This document shows positions 37,032 through 47,100 of a stretch of 64,000 nucleotides of DNA, in pieces (position 1 is the first letter of the stretch; each line of letters opens with the position of its first letter). The notes below the pieces were generated by a model that worked only from the letters and a program-made list of their open reading frames with translations, was not told the DNA's origin and made no database searches. Origin of the DNA: a virus (Duplodnaviria > Caudoviricetes). The position numbers were made by a program, and so were the translations under genes. The DNA is taken from positions 1-64,000 of the IMG/VR virus record IMGVR_UViG_3300032030_000035; one strand, 5' to 3'.

Positions 37032-39263
37032 ATGGCTAATCAAGTAGTTGAACATTTAGAAATTGAAGGAAGTGGCATATATGATATCCATGACCCTTCC
37101 GCAGCAGGTCATAGCGACATTGATTTTTTAACTACTGAAGTTACTACTATCAATAATAAGATAGGTAATACAGATATAGGAGTTGGTAAAACTATTACGT
37201 CTGCAATTAAAGAATTACAAGATAATGATAGTTCAAAAGTTACTTCTGTTGATGGTCAAACTGGCGACGTTGATTTAAGCAATACGTATGCTCCAACTAG
37301 TCATACCTCCGTTAAAGCAACAGATGCAACATTAGGTCATGTTACTTTAACTGATACTATAGATAATAATGAAACCGCATCTGCGGGAAAGGCTGTAACA
37401 CCAAATGCCGTTAAAAGCAAAATTGATGCATTAACGACATTAATCAATCAAGTAGATGGAAGAATACCATCTTTAGTAGGTTATGTACAAAACGTAAACG
37501 GCCAAGTTCCAGACCCGTCTGCCGCAAATGGTAGAGTGGATATAAGAGCACAGCATATTCCATATAGTAATACAACTAGTGGTATGGCGGCAACCAATGT
37601 TCAAAATGCTATTGATGAATTAAAAGCGACTTCTGATAACTTTTCAGAAATAGAAGCTAATGCCGGTATAGTAAGTAGTGAATTACAGACATTAACAATA
37701 GATGGTATAACATATACAATTACAGGTAATGTAACTGCGAATCCTACAGTTACAGCATCAAGCCCTGATTTAACATCTATTGGAATTGGCGGAACTAATT
37801 ATATAATAGCTGGTGGCGGCGGAGGTTCTTCAAGATTAAGTGGACTTGTTGACGTCTCTATTGATGGTAACTTATCTGATGGACAGGTTCTCATATATAA
37901 TGCCACTATGGATATGTGGACTAATGGAGAAGTTATAGCAACAGTAGCAGATATTGGAGATATTGGTAATGTTTCTTTAACATCACTGCAAAATGGACAA
38001 ATACTTCAATATGATTCTACAAATCAAGTTTGGGTAAACGTTGATGCTCCTACAGGCGGTGGTGGAGATTTATCTGACCTTGGGGATGTTAATTTAGGAA
38101 CTCTTGCTGATAAGCAAGTTTTACAATATGATGCGGCAACTCAGAAATGGATTAACGCAACATCTCCCGCGGGAAGTAGCTCACTTTCTGGTTTAACAGA
38201 TGTTAATTTATCATCTTTAACTAATGGGGAAGTTCTTAGCTATGATAATGATACCCAAAAGTGGATAAATAAAGCGATTCCTACTGGTGCCGAAATAGAC
38301 GATACTGCCACTGCCGCAAATAAGGTATGGTCAAGCAATAAAACATCAACAGAAATAAGTAATGTTCCTAATACAAATACCTATAACACATTAAACACTT
38401 CAGCAAAAACTCTTATCGGTGCTATTAATGAAGTAGCTAAAGATAAAAATATTGCTAATGAATACGATTCTACTACAATTTATGCTGTTAATGATTATTG
38501 TATTTATAATGGAACTTTGTACAAATGTATTGCGGCGGTTACTACCGCTGAAGCTTTTGACAGTACAAAATGGTCTGCAACAAAAGTAGTAAATGAATTA
38601 AATCAAGGTGGCGGCGGTAGTTCTACGTTAAGCGGTCTTACTGATGTAGATTTAACAACTCCCGCAAATGATGAAGCTCTTATATATGACAGTACAGCGC
38701 AAAAATGGGTAAATAAACCCATTCCCACATCAGTAGAAATTGATGATACAACAACTTCTACAACTAAAGTATGGTCAAGTAATAAGACTTCGACCGAAAT
38801 AGGCAACGTACCGAATACAAACACTTATCAAAATCTTAATACAACATCAAAAACTTTAATTGGAGCTATTAATGAAAATGCTAATGATAAAAATGTTTCA
38901 GATGCTTATAATAGTAATGCAACTTATTCTGCTGGTGACTATTGTATTTACAATACTACTCTCTATAAGTGCAATACAGATATTGATACTCCAGAAGCTT
39001 TTGATAGTACACATTGGACTGCTACTACAGTCGCAAAAGAATTAGGGGATAATAAGATAATTTTAACGGAAACTCTTGAAGCGGGTGAAACATCGTTAAC
39101 ATTTACAGATGTTCGTATCCAAGATAATAGTTGGTTAACTCTTGCACCAGAGAATGCTATTCTATATCCTATGGGCATGAGTGCTTCCGCAGGTAGTGTA
39201 ACATACACATTTGCCGCACAAGCGGAAGATGTAGTTTTTCAATTAAAAATATTTAACAGATAA
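37032..39263 (+). CDS. Tail fibre / virion adhesin with internal repeats
   Basis: AT...GHV.L fibre repeat; five L..L.DV...L.YD....W.N repeats; two carbohydrate-binding-like Y..GDYCIYN..LYKC modules; Gly linkers. Confidence 0.7.
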   Translation: MANQVVEHLEIEGSGIYDIHDPSAAGHSDIDFLTTEVTTINNKIGNTDIGVGKTITSAIKELQDNDSSKVTSVDGQTGDVDLSNTYAPTSHTSVKATDATLGHVTLTDTIDNNETASAGKAVTPNAVKSKIDALTTLINQVDGRIPSLVGYVQNVNGQVPDPSAANGRVDIRAQHIPYSNTTSGMAATNVQNAIDELKATSDNFSEIEANAGIVSSELQTLTIDGITYTITGNVTANPTVTASSPDLTSIGIGGTNYIIAGGGGGSSRLSGLVDVSIDGNLSDGQVLIYNATMDMWTNGEVIATVADIGDIGNVSLTSLQNGQILQYDSTNQVWVNVDAPTGGGGDLSDLGDVNLGTLADKQVLQYDAATQKWINATSPAGSSSLSGLTDVNLSSLTNGEVLSYDNDTQKWINKAIPTGAEIDDTATAANKVWSSNKTSTEISNVPNTNTYNTLNTSAKTLIGAINEVAKDKNIANEYDSTTIYAVNDYCIYNGTLYKCIAAVTTAEAFDSTKWSATKVVNELNQGGGGSSTLSGLTDVDLTTPANDEALIYDSTAQKWVNKPIPTSVEIDDTTTSTTKVWSSNKTSTEIGNVPNTNTYQNLNTTSKTLIGAINENANDKNVSDAYNSNATYSAGDYCIYNTTLYKCNTDIDTPEAFDSTHWTATTVAKELGDNKIILTETLEAGETSLTFTDVRIQDNSWLTLAPENAILYPMGMSASAGSVTYTFAAQAEDVVFQLKIFNR
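38172..39045 (+). repeat. Tandem duplication of about 145 codons inside the tail fibre gene
   Basis: SSLSGLTDV...KVWSSNKTSTEI.NVPNTNTY..LNT..KTLIGAINE...EAFDST.W.AT occurs twice. Confidence 0.85.
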
Positions 39264-39293
39264 GAGGTAAAAATTAAAAAAAGGAGAAATTCT

Positions 39294-39815
39294 ATGGTAA
39301 CTTTAGCACTAGATTTATCGTCTAAATCTTCTGGTTGGGCGATAAAAGTGAACGATAAAATTGAATATGGATGTATTTCTTCTACCTCTACTGATACAAA
39401 CAAAAGAATAATCACCATGAGAGATGGTATTCTTGAAGTAGTAAAGAAATATGGCGTTGAAAAAATAATTGCAGAAGAAGTGAGACCGGACTTACAAAAT
39501 AGTCATACTCAAAAAATATTGACTTATGTTCAGGCGGCTATTGTATTAGCGATGTATGAATATAATAAAAAGATTCAGATTGATTTTATTCAACCTAACT
39601 CGTGGAGAAAAAAAATTGGTATAAAAACAGGAGCAGGAGTCAAGAGAGAAGCATTAAAAGCTCAAGACATATTATTCGTAAAAGAAAAATATGGCTTAGA
39701 AGTAGAAAATGACGATGAAGCAGATGCAATTTGCATTTTAACTTCCTATATAAATCCTGCGGGAAGCAGTATAGATTATTCTAAATTTGAAGATGATTCT
39801 TTTAGTTTCCAATAA
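39294..39815 (+). CDS. RuvC-like Holliday junction resolvase
   Basis: LALDLS...GW, IIAEE, WR, DDEADAI. Confidence 0.85.
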   Translation: MVTLALDLSSKSSGWAIKVNDKIEYGCISSTSTDTNKRIITMRDGILEVVKKYGVEKIIAEEVRPDLQNSHTQKILTYVQAAIVLAMYEYNKKIQIDFIQPNSWRKKIGIKTGAGVKREALKAQDILFVKEKYGLEVENDDEADAICILTSYINPAGSSIDYSKFEDDSFSFQ

Positions 39816-39865
39816 AAAAAAATGCCGAGATTAAGTTAATTCTTAATCTCGGCACTATTTTTTTT
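39814..39865. terminator. Bidirectional terminator at the convergence of the two arms
   Basis: A run, TGCCGAGATTAAG / CTTAATCTCGGCA 13-bp stem, T run. Confidence 0.9.
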
Positions 39866-39867
39866 AC

Positions 39868-42015
39868 CTAAATTCTTTCCAATGCTCTAGACGCGGAAAT
39901 TGACATCATACCATTTCCGCCAAGAGGTAAAGTAAATGATTTAATTATAAAATCTCCAGATATCCTTGATTTAATATCATTAACAGTAATTCTACTATTT
40001 GCCTCAAGATGGTAAATAGGAATACATTGTAATGTAATTTGCTCGTTATATGAAGTATACTGATATAATAAATCTCTCATAACTTCTTGTGCGGTATAGC
40101 CAATAGTTCCTATAGCAATATTTTTATAGATACTATTACTTACCCTTGAGAATGTTTGACCTATTAAAGAACATTTTTTAACATTCTTATCAGCATTATC
40201 GTCATCCATATTTATCATAATAACATCCGGAATATCCTCATTATATAATCTTCTAATTTTATCTTGTTGATAGCTCTTTATTCTAGTTCCAATTAAATCA
40301 ACAGAATAGTCATAAATTTTATCTGCGGGTTCAATATAGTCAAAGAAATACTTTAATTCATTTGGGTTTGTTGTCAAATCTGCCTTAAAAGACTTGGTTT
40401 GAAAATTATAAATGTCATCAAATAAATCAAGCAATTCTTGCTCATATACATCAGGTCTTATTTGTTGACTTTGTTTAACTAATCCTTGAAGATATAATTC
40501 TGCTCGCCAATCTGCGGGCACGTAAAGATTTATATTGGTACCAGTAAGAGTTATGGTTTTTGTTAACTCATTATATGTAGCTCTTTTCATAGTGATAGTA
40601 TCACCAGAAGCTATCATAGAGCCATCACTACTAGTAATAGTATTATTGCTATAACGGTAGCCGCCCGCCGCCATTTCTTCTTGCGTTGCAAGTCTCAGTC
40701 TACCAGTGTATTCCCCCATATCATTCTTCTCAAAAACAACAGGATATGCATTCATCACTGTCGGCTTACGTTTTATCGCTACATGATAATGAATAACCGC
40801 ATCATCTTTATTCTTACCCCATACATGATAATCATTCTTAATATTGGCATAATTAGGTGCATTTGTATAAGATGCAACCAAACCATTACCTTCTCTGAAT
40901 GAATATTCTACTTTACTATTGCTTTTAACATCAAGTAAGTAATTATCATTATTCAATATAGACGCTTCATTATTCGATACCATTTCAACAGGATCATAGG
41001 AATTATTTAAATAATTCTTAATCTCCTGGAAATGAAAATTACCATCTATATCAAAAAAGTATTCATAGTTTCCTAACTCTTGTTTAACTTTATCAAGTAC
41101 AGTACAGACATTATCACCAATAGAAGAAACTAAAGAACCTGGGAAAACAAAATCTGTATAGACATATCCGCAATCATCATTATATTCAAATGGTGACCAT
41201 ACTCCAGGATTACTTGAAGATTTTAACACACTCTTATCCATAGTATATCTCTTATCATCATTATTATGATAAAGAGTACCAGTTCCTGTGAAACGAACAA
41301 TCTGTTTAATCTCTAAAGGAACATCGTCTATAAAAATTTTGCTTATAGGGATTCCGCCATAGTTACAAACTAATGTCTGTATAATATCAAAGAACCTCTG
41401 CGGGATGGACTCTATCGAACCTACCGCCGCATAACTTGATTCTTCCCAATTAGCACCAGACCACTTATAATATTTACCATTATAATAATAAACCGTATAA
41501 GTATTAGGATCTTGCGGCAATGCGTCAACTTCCAAATAACCTATTACTTGATCGTAACTATCGAAAGTAATTGATGTAGGTAAATTACCACCTTGAGTAC
41601 CATTTAACAGACACATCTTATCTTGACAAGTTATGCTAATATTTAAACCAGAGGTAGAATGGCTATAATTAGTAGATGCAATTACAAAAACCCCTAATTT
41701 AAACCAAATAATATCAGGTCTATCTGGCAAAAGTCCATCATTAGCAAGTCCCTCATAAATCTTAACTCTTTTGTTTATTGATAATAAATTATCTACATTT
41801 TCTATTGACTCTGTTTCTTCTGCTACAAAAGTTAATGAGCAGGTTCTTCGTAATGAAGAATCTGCATTAACTTGTAAGCTACCGGTAGTAATTCTACCTT
41901 GAATTGAAGAAATAAGTTCTTCTTTTTCATTTAAAACCTCAATCTTCGCATAATGCTCTTGATTGTGTTCAGTATCTAATATTTTTAACTCTTCTTTTGT
42001 TAATTCTCTCTGCAT
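39868..42015 (-). CDS. Tail/baseplate hub-like structural protein
   Basis: Lies in the tail module; SLRRTC.L, QDKM..LNG, EYFFD.DG.F.FQ, IP.Y.LE...I patterns. Confidence 0.6.
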   Translation of the reverse strand: MQRELTKEELKILDTEHNQEHYAKIEVLNEKEELISSIQGRITTGSLQVNADSSLRRTCSLTFVAEETESIENVDNLLSINKRVKIYEGLANDGLLPDRPDIIWFKLGVFVIASTNYSHSTSGLNISITCQDKMCLLNGTQGGNLPTSITFDSYDQVIGYLEVDALPQDPNTYTVYYYNGKYYKWSGANWEESSYAAVGSIESIPQRFFDIIQTLVCNYGGIPISKIFIDDVPLEIKQIVRFTGTGTLYHNNDDKRYTMDKSVLKSSSNPGVWSPFEYNDDCGYVYTDFVFPGSLVSSIGDNVCTVLDKVKQELGNYEYFFDIDGNFHFQEIKNYLNNSYDPVEMVSNNEASILNNDNYLLDVKSNSKVEYSFREGNGLVASYTNAPNYANIKNDYHVWGKNKDDAVIHYHVAIKRKPTVMNAYPVVFEKNDMGEYTGRLRLATQEEMAAGGYRYSNNTITSSDGSMIASGDTITMKRATYNELTKTITLTGTNINLYVPADWRAELYLQGLVKQSQQIRPDVYEQELLDLFDDIYNFQTKSFKADLTTNPNELKYFFDYIEPADKIYDYSVDLIGTRIKSYQQDKIRRLYNEDIPDVIMINMDDDNADKNVKKCSLIGQTFSRVSNSIYKNIAIGTIGYTAQEVMRDLLYQYTSYNEQITLQCIPIYHLEANSRITVNDIKSRISGDFIIKSFTLPLGGNGMMSISASRALERI

Positions 42016-42029
42016 ATAGATACCTCCTA

Positions 42030-43922
42030 TTATAATCTTATAGTATGAGTATCTGCATCTATATGAGTATGCTTACCAATCTCATGAATTGGCGGTGCAT
42101 TGTTACCAACATCCTCTAAAGACGTAATCTTATATTTAAGATAATTTTTAATAGTAGGTTCTCCAATTTCTGTTGCAGTAGCATTGAAATTATATATTAA
42201 TCTACCTAAATTATTTGCAGGAGAACAAGATACATCAGTTAATCGAACTAAAATATTACCTTCCGCAAAAGATTTATAAAGTTTTGGTTTACCATCTGTC
42301 AAAAAAGCGAGAACTTTATTTCGATATTCTCTTTCATGCGTATGATCATATTTACCCATATCTCTATCCGCATATAATTGAGCAATCTCGCTATATTCAT
42401 ATAACTGTTCATCTTGTAAGAATAATTTGTTCTCGTCAGAGTTGAACGATATTATACCCGAAATAGATAATACATTGTATTTATTATTACCGTTTCGATT
42501 AATGAAAGGATATACTCCACCAAGAGTAACAGATGTACTATCTGTAACTGTTACTTTATAAGAACTAATCGAATCATTATAAGCTAATCTTAATTGCTGT
42601 TCCTTCTGTCCCACCAAATAAGCATAGCTAAAATCACGAATAGTCTGAACATTATAATTAACAACATCTCCACCTATCCTCATTTTCATAAGTTTTCCGC
42701 GGTTTTCGTCTGAGTCTACTGCTTGTATACCATATCGGTAAAAGACACCACTTTCAACAGTATAATCATAATACAAATCTTCTAACTCTAAAATACCTCC
42801 AGATATTCTATCTCTGAAATCTAATTTCTTAATATCAACCCATTTAGTAAAATTAGAACGACTATCAGTTCTTCTTACATAATAGATACCTGTCTTAGAT
42901 GTGTCGATTTGCTCGTTGCCGCAAAGAAAATAACCTATCCTACCATCTTCGCACTCGTCAAATTCACTTACAACAGAAATGAAATGTGCGGTAACCCTAG
43001 GGTCGTAAACCTTTCTACCACTATAAACATCATAAGATGTGTCGAGTGTCATAATCTCAATATCAGTAGAATTTTGAGTATTAGCAGTACCTTTTGCATT
43101 TATTGTTAAAGTTTCTGTATAATCATTTATAGTATGATATTCAAAAACTATAGTATAAGTTTTTTCGGCATCGAAATCTTCTATACCACTTATATAATCA
43201 ATTTTTTGATTATCAAAATTTTGGTCTGCATATAAATAACCGCTATCATCTAATAGCGTTATTCCGTCATAAATCTTTATTCTGTAGTTATACAGATTTT
43301 CAGTTTTAGCTTCTTCACACTTATATTCTCCAATAAACTCAGGACCGTAAATAGTATAATCAGAAGATAAATGTCTACTCTGATAACCATTGCCATCTAT
43401 ACCTTTTATCGAAGTAAATATAATTTCTGGTTGTCCAATAGGCTTTACAGTACAAATTGTTGACCATTCAGAAAAATCACTACCATGCTCAGTTAACCAT
43501 GTTGACTGACCAACTGAAGAACTTTCTTCTGAAGTGTAAGTAACTTTTGACAATCTTAACTGTATTTTATAAATCCAATCAGGACACCATCCTGAATAAC
43601 TACCATCAGTAGTATTCAAGTTTTTATTTTCAATATCTATATAATATAAATTTTCCTCCCCACTAACTGCGGTAAAAGGAACATTTAATAATATCCCAGC
43701 CATACGATAGATTCGAGGAATACTACTTTCCGCATCATCAAAAGATGCCACACATTTTTCTCCCGTCGTCTGTTTTGTAATTGATACTTGTACATTTTCA
43801 AAGTCTGCTTCGGAGTTAAACTTTGATAATGAAAAGTAAACTCTACAATACGAATCATTTCCCGCAACAAAAGAAGGCATGTAACCATCTACTATGGGTG
43901 GATAAAGTACATATGAAGCCAT
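42030..43922 (-). CDS. Baseplate / distal-tail-like structural protein
   Basis: Beta-rich; C-terminal TLGG.YP, FL.DGKPKL.KS..EGN, F.ATA.E resemble Dit-type domains. Confidence 0.5.
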   Translation of the reverse strand: MASYVLYPPIVDGYMPSFVAGNDSYCRVYFSLSKFNSEADFENVQVSITKQTTGEKCVASFDDAESSIPRIYRMAGILLNVPFTAVSGEENLYYIDIENKNLNTTDGSYSGWCPDWIYKIQLRLSKVTYTSEESSSVGQSTWLTEHGSDFSEWSTICTVKPIGQPEIIFTSIKGIDGNGYQSRHLSSDYTIYGPEFIGEYKCEEAKTENLYNYRIKIYDGITLLDDSGYLYADQNFDNQKIDYISGIEDFDAEKTYTIVFEYHTINDYTETLTINAKGTANTQNSTDIEIMTLDTSYDVYSGRKVYDPRVTAHFISVVSEFDECEDGRIGYFLCGNEQIDTSKTGIYYVRRTDSRSNFTKWVDIKKLDFRDRISGGILELEDLYYDYTVESGVFYRYGIQAVDSDENRGKLMKMRIGGDVVNYNVQTIRDFSYAYLVGQKEQQLRLAYNDSISSYKVTVTDSTSVTLGGVYPFINRNGNNKYNVLSISGIISFNSDENKLFLQDEQLYEYSEIAQLYADRDMGKYDHTHEREYRNKVLAFLTDGKPKLYKSFAEGNILVRLTDVSCSPANNLGRLIYNFNATATEIGEPTIKNYLKYKITSLEDVGNNAPPIHEIGKHTHIDADTHTIRL

Positions 43923-43946
43923 AAAAATCCTCCTTTTTTCTTTAAC

Positions 43947-43979
43947 AAGAGAGTGATATCATTAAAATATCACTCTCTT
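43947..43979. other. 13-bp inverted repeat upstream of the Dit-like gene
   Basis: AAGAGAGTGATAT / ATATCACTCTCTT; no U tract on the coding strand. Confidence 0.55.
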
Positions 43980-43990
43980 ACATAAAGAAA

Positions 43991-44161
43991 CTACTCCTCT
44001 TTCTCTTTATTTGCTTGTTCTTGTTGTTCTACCTCTCTTAAATAAGATTGGTAGTCTTCGTATAAGTCTCTGTATACATCTTTAACAATATAGTACACAG
44101 CTTCTGCGGGAAGCTGTGTACTGTTTATTAAATCAATAAGCTGTTTTCTAAATTTTTCCAT
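43991..44161 (-). CDS. Small hypothetical protein (56 aa, not in ORF track)
   Basis: AAGGAG RBS; MEKFRKQLIDLINSTQLPAEAVYYIVKDVYRDLYEDYQSYLREVEQQEQANKEKEE. Confidence 0.7.
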   Translation of the reverse strand: MEKFRKQLIDLINSTQLPAEAVYYIVKDVYRDLYEDYQSYLREVEQQEQANKEKEE

Positions 44162-44178
44162 CCTTTTATCTCCTTTGT

Positions 44179-47100
44179 TTAAAACGCATAATTTTCTGCG
44201 GCGGGCAGGTTTCCGCCACCGCCACCCTGCATAGCGATATAATCTGCTAAACTAACGTATGTAGTTCTTGGATATAACACGCCATCAATTTCTACTGTAG
44301 GTGTTGTCTCATCAGGAATACCGATATAGAAATTCTCTGCCTTAATTTGACAAATAAATCTACCATCGGAACTGTTTGAGTTATCAAGATAAAATGTATC
44401 TCCCGCCTCAAATAAGTGGCTCATAATACAATAATGTTTTGTATTAATAGAACCTCTACCTACAACAGTTTCATATTCCATCTTATAAGGGTCGTTTTCA
44501 TAAAGAATACCATTTCTACCCCAGTAAGGTACACTACCTATAGAACCACCTTCTGCAGTTATAACAGTTTCCGCATCTCTTAATTGAACTGCAGAACGCT
44601 CTGATACTGCAAAGTGTCTTGAAGGTAAGTTACCAATCTCTAGACCACCGGGATCAGTGATATCACTACCGACTCTAGCCTTAAAGATATTACCAATACG
44701 AGTACCATCAGTTCCAACATACGTTGTCATTGATGTTTCTTTGCCTTGAGCATTTAATATAGCATATCTATTACTAGATTTATCATTGCTACTATAATAC
44801 ATAAATGCTCTTGATTTATCACTACTTGTATTGAATTTCCAGCAAACACTATTAGTTTCAGAATATGTAACATCACCGATTGCAACATTACCATGAATAT
44901 CTACTCTGAACTGATCGGATACTAATAAACCATCACTACCAATATAAATCTTTTTAGGATGAGCTTGAGTTCCCTCTCTATCTAATAGTAAAGCAGTTTT
45001 AAGGTCAAAATTTGTACGGTCAAGATTTTTTGCTCTTTCTTCACTATAATAGAAGTAAGCAGCTTTATTAGAAGCACCTAAATCCCATCTTCTATTATAC
45101 TTATGTTCACATATGTAAAAACATAAATCTTCTTCTATTGGTTGATATCCAGGAACCACTATGTTATTTCTATAATATGGTGTTATTTCATACCATTCGT
45201 CCGCTACCTTAAAACTAAACAGATAATATCTGTTATATGCTTCGTAAATAGGATCTGAAGCCTTGTCGATACCTAATGAATTTATTTTATAAATTCGATA
45301 TCTATTTGGATCTGAGACATCTAAATTAGGTAATGTTTCAGTTGCAAGAGGTTCTAAGCTACTAACTGATTTAAATACATCTGTATCTCCAATCATATCT
45401 GGTTTTACAGTACCTTTAATAGAACCAAGTTCAATTTTACCATAATTAGTATCATCTACATAAGCCCTAAAGTATTTTTTATTGTTATTACCTAAATAAA
45501 ATTCATTATTATTGGCTCTAACAATTTTTCCTATACTAAGACCTTCATCACCAAGATAAAAACCATTCTTTTCACTTTCAAAAGAACTATGAAGTCTTCT
45601 TTCGGATGCCTCTGTCAAGTCTCCACTATAACCATCACCAGAATAAATTGCTGGAGACTTATTAGGACTATTGTAAGCAGAGTATAATGTCATTTTATGG
45701 TTTTCAGAGAAGATTCTATCTTCGCCGATACGCCATCCACCTAACTCACTGCTCTTAGCTTTAAGATAAGTTTTAATTCCATCGAGATAGTAGAAATACA
45801 TGTTTGTGTCAGGCTCGTAATAAACCTTTGACATTAATTCTTCATCCCAATACCAGAATCTCACTTCGGTACTATCATAGAATAGGTATTCCTCTAAATC
45901 TCTATCATAAAAATAATAATGAATAACATCATTATCATCATAGAAATAATAGCAAACAGTATCTTGTAAACTACTAGATGAATCATAAGTTTGAATTGTA
46001 GTTCTTCTTACGTAAGGACCAATAGAACCAGAATTTACTATATTGCCATTAGAATCTCTTAAGTCATATCCATCTCTACAGAAGTAAACTTGGATATCTT
46101 CTCCATTATCATCATAATGATAATAACCAGAACTGTCAGTCATTAGTAATGGTGTTAATGTAGATTCAAAACCATGCTTAACTATTGTAGCTTCATAATC
46201 TCCATTAGTCTCTTCCCAATAAAACTTATCATAACCATTATAGTAATAAAGACCTGGATCGTCAATATCTATAGAACCATTTTCTTCAGAGTTACCAGAA
46301 TCGATGTTACCGGTAGCCTCTGTTTTATCAGTTCCTCCGACGTGCATCTGACCATTCTTATCTACCCAAAAGCCGCCATTACCAAAACGAATTTCTGGAG
46401 TAGTTAAGTCAATAAGCATACCCTTGCCGGTTTCTTTATTATAGTTAGCAGTTCCATCTGCATTCCATTCATAAAAATTACCGGAATATAGTCTAGCTAC
46501 ATCATCAGTAGGATCAAGTGTAATTTGTCCTGCTTTACTTAAACCAAATTGAGCCTTTCCTGTTTTAGCATCTAAAAAGATTGATTGTCTACCAGCACTG
46601 AAACCGAATAAACCAATTTGACTCTTAGTGCTTTCCGCAGTTTTCTTTACGCCCATCGTAATACCAGTAAAGCGATTTGCTTCATCTTTTGCACCAGCAC
46701 CAATTTGAGGTGCTATAATATATTCGCCATTTTCATCAATATATAATTTATTACCATCCCAATCATTTAACCATCCAAACTCGTTAGTATTAAGTCTAAA
46801 TATAATTGGTTTTAAATAAACTATATAAGATGGATTAGTTAATGTAACTATTTTCTGTCTTGCTCGGAGTATGTTATATTCTTCTAATAAACTATCTATG
46901 TTTTTAATCAATTCTGAATCATGACTATCTAAATTCATAAAAGGATTTATTTTAATGAACTCTCCTGTTTCGGGGTCCATATTAATAGTTATACTATTAT
47001 CAGAATAAATACAATCATAAAATGAAGATAACAAATCAACAAAATTCTTAATAAGAACACTTTGATAATTTACACTTGAAATAACTTTATTTTGTCTTCC

